The notes under the pieces are model-generated. The model made no database searches. It was not told where the DNA came from and saw only the letters and a list, made by a program, of their open reading frames with translations. A DNA stretch of 64,000 bases, taken from NCBI GenBank assembly GCA_035605115.1, contig DATNHF010000054.1:1051-65050 (forward strand). The letters run 5' to 3'. The stretch's first letter is position 1. Each line of letters starts with the position of its first letter. Positions 56,490 through 64,000 of the stretch are shown piece by piece. The DNA comes from Steroidobacteraceae bacterium (GTDB taxonomy: Bacteria; Pseudomonadota; Gammaproteobacteria; Steroidobacterales; Steroidobacteraceae). The position numbers and the translations under genes were made by a program.

Positions 56490-58943
56490 TTGGATGACAG
56501 AACACTGCCGAGCCACGCGCGCGTCGTCATCATCGGCGGCGGGGTCATTGGCTGCTCGATCGCCTATCACCTGACAAAGCTCGGATGGCGCGATGTGCTG
56601 CTGCTGGAGCGCCAACGGCTCACCTGCGGCACCACGTGGCACGCGGCCGGATTGCTCACAACGCTGCGCGATACCATCACACAGACTCGGCTCGCCAAGT
56701 ACACACAGGATCTGTACCGACGGCTGGAGGGCGAAACCGGACAGGCCACGGGCGTGATCTCCTGCGGCTCGATCCAACTGGCGGCTACGCCCGCCAAGGC
56801 CCAGGAGATGCGGCGCGGAGTCAATATCGCACGCTCCTTCGGCGTCGAGGGCTTTGAGATAACCCCGGCAGAGGTGCAGGCCCTGTGGCCGCTCGCGGAT
56901 GTGTCCGATCTGGCCGCGGCCTTCCATTTCCCTGGCGATGCGCGTGCCAACCCGGCCGATGTGACACAGGCGCTGGCCAAGGGTGCGCGCCTGGGCGGCG
57001 CCACGCTGATGGAGCACACGCGCGTGACCGCGATCACCCGCGCGGCCGGTCGCGTCAGCGGTGTTCAGACCGATCGCGGCGCGGTCTCATGCGAATACGT
57101 GGTCAATTGCGCCGGCATGTGGGCTCGCCAGGTCGGGCGGCTTGCGGGGGTCGATGTCCCGCTGCAGGCGGCCGAGCACTATTACTTGGTGTCCGAACCC
57201 GTGCCCGGAGTGCATCCGCTGCTGCCCATCCTGCGCGACCCCTGCAATGGCGCCTACGTACGCGAGGAAGCCGGCAAGATCATGCTCGGGCTGTTCGAAC
57301 CGGTGGCACGGCCATGGGGCCAACAAGGAATTCCCGAGGATTTCTGCTTCGGCGAGATCCCGCCGGACTGGGAGCGCATGGTTCCGTACATTGAGACGGC
57401 CATGCGTCGGGTACCGGTTCTGGCCCGCACCGGCATCAAACTGCTGTTCTGCGGTCCGGAGTCCTTCACGCCGGATCACAACTACATCATGGGCGAGGCC
57501 CCGAATCTGCAGCACTTCTTCGTCGCCGCGGGTTTCAATTCGCTGGGCATTCTTTCAGGAGGCGGCGTCGGTTATGTGATGTCGCAGTGGATCGTCGATG
57601 GCCACGCACCGATGGATGTCTGGTCGGTGGACATCCGGCGCTTGCATGCCTGGCAGAATAACAGCCGGTATCTGTTGGACCGCACGGTCGAGAGCCTCGG
57701 CATCGGCTATCAGGACCACTGGCCCTACCGGCAGTGGCAAACCGCCCGCAACGTCAAGCAAAGCATCCTGCACGATCGCCTGGCCGCCGCGGGCGCCTGC
57801 TTTGGAGAGTCGGCCGGCTGGGAACGACCCAACTGGTATGCCATCCCCGGGCAGGCGCCGGCCTACGAATATGGCTGGGGCAGACAGAACTGGTTCCGCA
57901 ACAACGCCGAAGAGCACCGCGCGGTGCGTGAGCGCGTCGGACTGTTCGAGCAGAGCTCCTTCGCCAAACTGCTGGTGCAGGGCCGCGATGCCGCAGCCGT
58001 GCTCAACCGCATAGCGAGCGCTGATGTCGACGTGGCGAACGGCCGTATCGTCTACACGCAATTCCTGAATTCGCGCGGCGGCATCGAGGCCGACCTGACC
58101 ATAGCGCGTCTGGCCCACGATCGATTTCTCGTCGTGACCGCAGCCTTTACCCAGACCCATGTCGAATCCTGGATTCGCAATCACACGAGCCCAGAGGCCC
58201 ATTGCATCCTGACCGACTTGAGCGGCGCCTACGCGATGCTGAACATTCAGGGGCCGCAGTCCCGGGCATTGCTGCAGAGCCTAGCGGACGCGGACTTCTC
58301 CAATGCCGCGTTTCCATTTGCAAGCTGTCGCGAGATTCAGATCGGCTACCAGACCGCCCTCGCGGTCCGACTGACCTACGTCGGGGAGCTCGGCTGGGAA
58401 TTGTACGTGCCGACTGCATTCGCCCTGCCGGTGTACGACAGCTTGATCGCGGCCGGCGCCGCGTTTGGGCTGCGCCATTGCGGTTATCACACGCTCAACT
58501 CGCTGCGCATCGAGAAAGCGTATCGGGAATGGTCGCACGATATCGGCCCGGACGATGATCCGCTGCAAGCCGGTGTCGGCTTCACCTGTGCCTGGGACAA
58601 GCCCGGTGGGTTCATCGGGCGCGAAGCGCTGCTCCAGCGCAGCAGCGCCGGCAGCCCCAAGCGCCGCCTGCTGCAATTTCTGCTGCAGGATCCCGATCCC
58701 TTGCTGTTTCACAACGAACCGATCTATCGCAATGGCGAGATCAGCGGCTATACAACCTCGGCGATGTTCGGGCATACGCTCGGAGCGGCCGTGGCGCTCG
58801 GCTACTTGGAGGCGCCTGGCGGCGTCAGCGACGACTATGTCGCCGCCGGCCAGTACGAAATACAAGTCGATACCCGCCGCATTCCTGCTCGTGCCTCGCT
58901 CACGCCGATGTACGATCCGAAGAGCGTGCGCGTACGCCAGTGA
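56490..58943 (+). CDS. FAD-dependent oxidoreductase fused to GcvT-like folate-binding domain (dimethylglycine/sarcosine dehydrogenase-like)
   Basis: 817 aa with an apparent TTG start after a GAAGGGG RBS. N-terminal VVIIGGGVIGCSIAYHL dinucleotide fold. The C-terminal half is aminomethyltransferase-like. Confidence 0.8.
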   Translation: MDDRTLPSHARVVIIGGGVIGCSIAYHLTKLGWRDVLLLERQRLTCGTTWHAAGLLTTLRDTITQTRLAKYTQDLYRRLEGETGQATGVISCGSIQLAATPAKAQEMRRGVNIARSFGVEGFEITPAEVQALWPLADVSDLAAAFHFPGDARANPADVTQALAKGARLGGATLMEHTRVTAITRAAGRVSGVQTDRGAVSCEYVVNCAGMWARQVGRLAGVDVPLQAAEHYYLVSEPVPGVHPLLPILRDPCNGAYVREEAGKIMLGLFEPVARPWGQQGIPEDFCFGEIPPDWERMVPYIETAMRRVPVLARTGIKLLFCGPESFTPDHNYIMGEAPNLQHFFVAAGFNSLGILSGGGVGYVMSQWIVDGHAPMDVWSVDIRRLHAWQNNSRYLLDRTVESLGIGYQDHWPYRQWQTARNVKQSILHDRLAAAGACFGESAGWERPNWYAIPGQAPAYEYGWGRQNWFRNNAEEHRAVRERVGLFEQSSFAKLLVQGRDAAAVLNRIASADVDVANGRIVYTQFLNSRGGIEADLTIARLAHDRFLVVTAAFTQTHVESWIRNHTSPEAHCILTDLSGAYAMLNIQGPQSRALLQSLADADFSNAAFPFASCREIQIGYQTALAVRLTYVGELGWELYVPTAFALPVYDSLIAAGAAFGLRHCGYHTLNSLRIEKAYREWSHDIGPDDDPLQAGVGFTCAWDKPGGFIGREALLQRSSAGSPKRRLLQFLLQDPDPLLFHNEPIYRNGEISGYTTSAMFGHTLGAAVALGYLEAPGGVSDDYVAAGQYEIQVDTRRIPARASLTPMYDPKSVRVRQ

Positions 58944-58991
58944 GCCGGCGCGGCCGCGCGCTCACTGCGAGATGGGAACAGCACGGATGGT

Positions 58992-61262
58992 ATGATCTCA
59001 AGCGCTTCGCTGAAGGAGAAGAAGTTGCGTAGACCGTTGATGCGCAATGGTGTCGCGCACAGCCGCTCACGGCTGCTCTTGCTCGGCGTATTGCTGATCG
59101 GCGCCGCGAGCCTGTGGCGCAGTGCATCGGCGCTCGCCGCTTCCGCGCCCCGCTTGCCCGCCGATGTCGATGCCGCGCGACTCGAGGCTGCGGACGGCGA
59201 GCCCGAGAACTGGCTTACGGGCGGCCGCGACAAGGACGGCAGCTACCACTCTGCACTGACCGCAATCGATGCCGGCAACGTCGAACGGTTGGGGTTTGCC
59301 TGGCAGTACGATCTCGGCACCGAGCGTGGTCAGGAGGCCACGCCGATTGTCGTCGATGGCGTTATGTACACCTCGGGCACCTGGGGTTATGTCTATGCGG
59401 TCGACGCCGCCACCGGTCACGAGCTGTGGCGGTTCACGCCGCAGCTTGAAAACATCTATGCGCGCAATCCGTGTTGCGATCTGGTCAATCGCGGAGTCGC
59501 GGTCTGGAAGGGTAAAGTGTATGTGGCGTCGGTCGACGGACACCTGCACGCGCTCAATGCGGCCACCGGCCAGCAGGTCTGGGAGGCCGACACGATCACG
59601 GACCATTCGCTGCCCTATTCGAGCACCGGCGCGCCGCAGATCGCCGGCGATGTCGTGGTCATCGGCAATGGTGGCGCCGACATGGGCCACAGCGCAGTGC
59701 GCGGCTACGTGGCCGCTTACGATCTCGAGACTGGCGCGTTCAAGTGGCGCTTCTACACCGTGCCGCCCGCAGTCGGCCAGCCTTATGAGAATCCGGAGCT
59801 GGCCGCAGCCGACAAGACCTGGGACCGGCACCGCCCGCCACAATTCAATGGTGGCGGCACGGCCTGGGACGGACTGGCCTACGACGCGAAGCTCAATCTG
59901 GTCTACGTCGGCACGGGCAACGCCGCGCCCTACGATCTGCGACAGCTCGGCTCAGCAAAGCTCGATTGTCTCTACACCGCCTCGATCTTGGCGCTGCACG
60001 CCGATTCTGGACGTCTGGCTTGGTTTTACCAGACCACGCCGCGCGACAGCTGGGATTTCGATTCGGTGCAGAAATTCGTCCTGGCGGATTTGAAAATCGG
60101 TGGCAAGTCGCGCCAGGTCATCATGCAGGCGTCAAAGAACGGTTTCTTCTATGTGCTCGATCGAAAGACCGGTCAGCTGCTGTCGGCAACGAACTATAGC
60201 TACGTCAACTGGGCCACGCGCGTCGACCTGAAAACCGGCCGCCCGATCCTCACCCAGCAGGCGAACTGGTACACCAAGCCGCAGATCGTGTACCCGTCCT
60301 GGGCCGGTGCGCACACCTGGAATCCGATGTCGTATAGCGCCCAGACGCACTTGGTCTATATTCCGGTCGTGGACGTGCCGGCCGTCTGGGTCGACCTGCT
60401 GCACAATGGCGGCTCGGTCAAGTACATCGATGGCTTCTTCACTGTCAACGGCATCATCGTCGATGACACCTACGACGCCGAAGACATGAAGCATCTCTAT
60501 GGGCCGCTGCCCGAGATGGCGACGATCAAAGGCTCGCGAGCACAGAAACCGACTCGTGAACTGCTGCGGGCCTGGGATCCGGTGGCCGGCAAGAGTGTCT
60601 GGGAAGTCGAAACCTCGGCGGGGATTCGCGGCTACGACGGCGGCGTCATGACCACCGCCGCGAACCTCGTATTTCAAGGGCGCGGCAGCGGCGAGCTTTG
60701 GGTCTACGCGGCCGACACGGGCAAAGCGCTCAAGGTCATTCAGACGGGCAGTCACATCCTGGCGGCCCCTATGACCTACTCGGTCCACGGCGAGCAGTAT
60801 GTCGCCGTGCAGGCAGGCTACGGTGGCGCTGCGATCACGGTTGGCCCCATACCGCCGAGCAGCGCCGCGTTCAAGTATCAGAACAACAATCGCATCATCG
60901 CCTTCAAGCTCCGCGGCGGCGATGTCCCCAAGCCTGCAGCGCGTGATGAGGGTCCCTTCCCGTTGCCGCCGACTCAAACCGCCAGCGCCGCAAGCATCAA
61001 GGCCGGAGAGGTCAAATTTGTCGAGGAATGTTCACGCTGCCACGTGCTTGGTCTGAGCTCGACACCCGATCTTCGCCGGTTGAGCGCCGAGTTGCATGCG
61101 GCGTTCAAGGACATCGTGTTGCGCGGCGTCTTGGCCCCGACCGGCATGGAACGCTTTGATGATCTGATCAGTGAGCAGGATGCCGACAATATCCATGCCT
61201 ACCTGATCGAGCAAAGCTGGATCGCCTACCGCGCGCAGCAGGCGAACGCAGCCCATCACTGA
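58992..61262 (+). CDS. Quinohemoprotein PQQ-dependent alcohol dehydrogenase (type II, C-terminal cytochrome c domain)
   Basis: 756 aa. The start may instead be the internal Met near 59040. Signal peptide, PQQ beta-propeller W-motifs and a C-terminal CSRCH haem-binding site. Confidence 0.85.
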   Translation: MISSASLKEKKLRRPLMRNGVAHSRSRLLLLGVLLIGAASLWRSASALAASAPRLPADVDAARLEAADGEPENWLTGGRDKDGSYHSALTAIDAGNVERLGFAWQYDLGTERGQEATPIVVDGVMYTSGTWGYVYAVDAATGHELWRFTPQLENIYARNPCCDLVNRGVAVWKGKVYVASVDGHLHALNAATGQQVWEADTITDHSLPYSSTGAPQIAGDVVVIGNGGADMGHSAVRGYVAAYDLETGAFKWRFYTVPPAVGQPYENPELAAADKTWDRHRPPQFNGGGTAWDGLAYDAKLNLVYVGTGNAAPYDLRQLGSAKLDCLYTASILALHADSGRLAWFYQTTPRDSWDFDSVQKFVLADLKIGGKSRQVIMQASKNGFFYVLDRKTGQLLSATNYSYVNWATRVDLKTGRPILTQQANWYTKPQIVYPSWAGAHTWNPMSYSAQTHLVYIPVVDVPAVWVDLLHNGGSVKYIDGFFTVNGIIVDDTYDAEDMKHLYGPLPEMATIKGSRAQKPTRELLRAWDPVAGKSVWEVETSAGIRGYDGGVMTTAANLVFQGRGSGELWVYAADTGKALKVIQTGSHILAAPMTYSVHGEQYVAVQAGYGGAAITVGPIPPSSAAFKYQNNNRIIAFKLRGGDVPKPAARDEGPFPLPPTQTASAASIKAGEVKFVEECSRCHVLGLSSTPDLRRLSAELHAAFKDIVLRGVLAPTGMERFDDLISEQDADNIHAYLIEQSWIAYRAQQANAAHH

Positions 61263-62077
61263 TCAGGCAGCGCGGAGGGCGGCCAGAGCAGCGGAAACAA
61301 GGCATGTCTCATGGGCGCGCCGGCCGGCAGTTCATCGATGAGCCCCGGGAACTCCGGCGAGGTACGCCACGCGCGCGGCGCATGCGTGATGTCATCGCCG
61401 AGAAATCGCAGCGAGAAAACGCGTCGCCGAGCGGTGCCATCGACGCCGCCGGCGGCGTGCAGGGTCAGCATCTGAAAACACACGATGTCGCCCGGCTGCA
61501 GCGCCCAGCCGAGGATGCGGTAGGCGGCGCGGTTCGATTCGATGTCCGGCAGATCGGCCAGGCTGCCTTCCGGAAACCATTTAGCCTGGCTGTCGAGAAA
61601 ACTGCGGGGCATGAGCCAGGGTCCGCGATGCGAACCCGCCACGAATTCCAGTGTCGAGGCGCGACTGACCGCATCCACGGGAATCCACATGCTGACGTTG
61701 CAGCGACCTTCGATGTTGTAGTAAGGCTGGTCCTGGTGCCAGGGCGTGCGCTGTCGCGTGCCTGGCTCCTTGGTCAGCATGTGATCGTGATAAAGGCGCA
61801 CGGTCCGGCTTTGCATGAGACGTGCGGCGCACTGTGCCAGTGCAGGGTCGAAGATCAAGCGGCGGTAGTAGGCGTTGTGCTGCCAGTTGCAGAAATCCTC
61901 CATGAACCGACCGGGATCATCAGCCGCGCTCGCGACTTTGGCACGTGGACTCGGGTGTGCGAGGTTCTGTTCGATGCCCGCGCGCAACCGCTCGATCTGG
62001 TTGCCATCGAGCTGCGAGCGCAGACACACCGCGCCGTCGCGCTGGAAGTCGTCGATGTCGGCCTGCGTCAAGTTCAA
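61256..62077 (-). CDS. Phytanoyl-CoA dioxygenase (PhyH) family Fe(II)/2-oxoglutarate oxygenase
   Basis: 273 aa with FQRDGAV, WHQDQPY and MLTLHAAG patterns. Convergent with the PQQ dehydrogenase, overlapping it by 7 nt. Confidence 0.75.
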   Translation of the reverse strand: MNLTQADIDDFQRDGAVCLRSQLDGNQIERLRAGIEQNLAHPSPRAKVASAADDPGRFMEDFCNWQHNAYYRRLIFDPALAQCAARLMQSRTVRLYHDHMLTKEPGTRQRTPWHQDQPYYNIEGRCNVSMWIPVDAVSRASTLEFVAGSHRGPWLMPRSFLDSQAKWFPEGSLADLPDIESNRAAYRILGWALQPGDIVCFQMLTLHAAGGVDGTARRRVFSLRFLGDDITHAPRAWRTSPEFPGLIDELPAGAPMRHALFPLLWPPSALPDQ

Positions 62078-62178
62078 GCCTGCATGCTCCCGATCGATGG
62101 CGGTGCCGACGACATGGTATCGCTAAGCGATCGGACGTGGCGTAAAGTGAAATCCGCTGCCGTTCCCGAGGGGAGTTC

Positions 62179-63438
62179 ATGCGACGAGCACCGTGGCTAG
62201 CGACGACCGTCTTAAGTGTGGCGCTGGCATCGAGCGCCACGGCGAGCGCTATGACCTTGAAGCTGGTCGAGGTGATCACGAGCCCCGAGCGGACCGAGAC
62301 GCTGCGCGGGATCGTCAAGAGCTTCGAGGACGCCAATCCTGACGTGCACGTGGAGATCATCTCGCTGCCCTGGGGGCCGTCGTTCGAGAAGTTCGCCACC
62401 ATGGTTGCCGCCGGCGACACACCCGATGTCGTCGAAATGCCCGATACGTGGCTGGCGCTGTACGTCAATAACGGTGCGCTCGAGAGTCTCGAGCCCTATC
62501 TGAAGAGCTGGGTGCACACCGCGGAGCTGAATCAACGGACGCTGCAACTCGCGCGTGTCATTCGCAACACTGCCTACATGCTGCCTTACGGCTTCTATTT
62601 GCGCGCGCTTTACTACAACAAGAAACTGTTTGCCGCCGCGGGCATCGGCGCGGCGCCCAAGACGTTGGATGAATTCGTCGCAACCTCGAAGAAGATTTCC
62701 GCTCTGCCGGGCAAATATGGCTATTGCCTGCGCGGCGGGGCTGGCGGGGTCAACGCCTGGATGATGTTCGGTGCTCTGGGCAGCGGCTCGGACACCTTCT
62801 TCAGGTCCGACGGCACTTCGACCTTCACCGATCCGGGCTGGATCAAGGGTTTCAGCGCGCTGGCGGATCTGTACAAATCCGGCCTTGCGCCCAAGGACAG
62901 CGTGAATTGGGGCTACAACGACATCGTCGCCGGCTTCTACTCGGGCACCTGCGCGATGATCGACAACGATCCGGATGCATTGATAGCCATATCCGAGCGC
63001 ATGAAGCCGGACGAATACGGCGTGTCGCCCTGGATCAAAGGCGCCGGGGGCAAGAGTTTCCCCACTATCGGCTACGGCGGTTGGTCGATGTTCGCCAACA
63101 GCAAGCACAAGGATGCCGCCTGGAAGCTGATTGCGACCCTGGACGGCGTACCTGGCAATCTGGCGTGGAACCGCCGCATCGGCGCATTGCCGATCTACGC
63201 CGCGGCCGCAACGGATCCGATGTACGCCGACACCAAATTCAAGGGGTGGTTCGATGAACTGGCCGACCCGAACGTCGTGCCGATGATCATGCCGATGGAC
63301 CTGCGGGCGTGGGCGCTATTCGCCAGTTCAGTCGTGCCGCGGTCCAGCCAGAGCGTGCTGCTCGGCCAACTCACGGTGCCGGAGATGGCGCAGCAGTGGG
63401 CGCAGATCATGACGAAGGCGAAGCAGAGCCAGAAGTGA
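62179..63438 (+). CDS. ABC transporter substrate-binding protein (family 1, sugar-type)
   Basis: 419 aa with a signal peptide (LATTVLSVALASSATASA) and a typical extracellular solute-binding layout. Followed by a permease. Confidence 0.8.
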   Translation: MRRAPWLATTVLSVALASSATASAMTLKLVEVITSPERTETLRGIVKSFEDANPDVHVEIISLPWGPSFEKFATMVAAGDTPDVVEMPDTWLALYVNNGALESLEPYLKSWVHTAELNQRTLQLARVIRNTAYMLPYGFYLRALYYNKKLFAAAGIGAAPKTLDEFVATSKKISALPGKYGYCLRGGAGGVNAWMMFGALGSGSDTFFRSDGTSTFTDPGWIKGFSALADLYKSGLAPKDSVNWGYNDIVAGFYSGTCAMIDNDPDALIAISERMKPDEYGVSPWIKGAGGKSFPTIGYGGWSMFANSKHKDAAWKLIATLDGVPGNLAWNRRIGALPIYAAAATDPMYADTKFKGWFDELADPNVVPMIMPMDLRAWALFASSVVPRSSQSVLLGQLTVPEMAQQWAQIMTKAKQSQK

Positions 63439-64000
63439 GCGCCACCGGCCGACGTCTGCTGCGACTCGCCGAGCCGTATTTTTACAGCGCACCGGTGCTG
63501 TTGCTGATCGTCGGGGTCATGCTGATACCCTTGAGCGTCGGGCTGTCCTATGCCTTCCGCGATATCCAGCTGCTCGATCCCTTCAGCGGCGGCTTCGTCG
63601 GTCTGGATCATTTTCGAGAATTGGCCGCAGATGCCAGCTTTAGCGCGGCATTGCGCCACACGCTGGTCTGGACCATCGTCACGGTCGCCCTGCAGTTCAT
63701 CCTCGGACTCGTGCTGGCGTTGCTGCTCAACCGCGAATTTCCCGGACGGCGGCTGACGCAGGCGCTGGTGTTCCTGCCCTGGGCAGTGCCGACTTTTCTC
63801 GTCGGGCTCGATTGGGCGTGGCTGTTCAACCCCGTAGTCGGGCCACTGCCGAGCTGGCTGTTTGCGCTGCACGTGACCCGCGATGCCAACAATCTGTTGT
63901 CCGACCCTGCTACGGCATTGATCGGACCGATCGTCGCCGCAGTCTGGTGGGGCATTCCCTTTTTTGCCATCACGGCGCTGGCCGCGCTGCAGTCGATACC
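63435..64000 (+). CDS. ABC transporter permease (MalF/UgpA-like), 3' end cut by window edge
   Basis: Not in the ORF track. A GTG at 63435 overlaps the SBP stop. The frame reads SATGRRLLRLAEPYFYSAPVLLLIVGVMLIPL ... ALVFLPWAVPTFLVGLDWAWLF and stays open to the window end. Confidence 0.7.
   Translation, partial: MSATGRRLLRLAEPYFYSAPVLLLIVGVMLIPLSVGLSYAFRDIQLLDPFSGGFVGLDHFRELAADASFSAALRHTLVWTIVTVALQFILGLVLALLLNREFPGRRLTQALVFLPWAVPTFLVGLDWAWLFNPVVGPLPSWLFALHVTRDANNLLSDPATALIGPIVAAVWWGIPFFAITALAALQSI

Noticed and set aside
1-64000. CRISPR arrays, IS elements/transposases, rRNA and tRNA genes
   Set aside because: I saw no regularly spaced direct repeats, no transposase-like ORFs, and no intergenic gap with rRNA or tRNA features. 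This is by-eye scanning only.

Overview
High-GC (roughly 65% by eye) gammaproteobacterial chromosome segment. Gene order looks Xanthomonadales/Nevskiales-like, but that taxon call is inference only.

Core, left side:
- 3' part of a type II secretion operon, gspJ-K-L-M-N (1-4.1 kb).
- AddA/AddB helicase-nuclease pair plus an AlaA-type aminotransferase (4.1-11.4 kb).
- A Prx5-type peroxiredoxin.
- A TPR / ExbD / ExbD / ExbB / TonB energiser cluster (12.1-15.8 kb).
- ilvD, an MFS transporter and an M17 aminopeptidase.
- An ilvC-leuA-ilvE-leuC-leuD-leuB operon (20.8-27.6 kb), preceded by a candidate promoter, a Leu/Val-rich leader peptide and an intrinsic terminator.

Accessory block:
- About 40 nt after the leuB stop lies a ~14.8 kb minus-strand, tightly coupled conjugation module.
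- It encodes ssb, virB2-virB11 (including a 49-aa VirB7-like lipoprotein that the ORF track hides) and two paralogous coupling ATPases split by a 170-aa coiled-coil membrane protein.
- It ends with a compact MobA/MobL relaxase and a divergent PRTase/ComF-like gene.
- I see no integrase, replication or partition gene, VirB1, tRNA or att repeat in the window.
- Next come a small ORF, a pirin pseudogene with an internal deletion, an AT-rich palindromic patch and an uncharacterised pair of a membrane protein and a 163-aa protein (42.5-44.5 kb).

Core, right side:
- SDR, enoyl-CoA hydratase, alr and a TonB-dependent receptor.
- aceB-aceA-aceK with a divergent RamB/ScfR-like regulator.
- A DMGDH-like flavoenzyme, a quinohemoprotein PQQ dehydrogenase, a PhyH-family dioxygenase and the start of a sugar-type ABC transporter.

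No rRNA, tRNA, CRISPR array or IS element was seen. Many long ORFs in the track are antisense artefacts of high GC.

The best candidate for something undescribed is the four-gene tail of the T4SS operon (27.7-31.3 kb), followed by the unknown gene pair at 43.2-44.5 kb. Both calls rest on motifs and context only.
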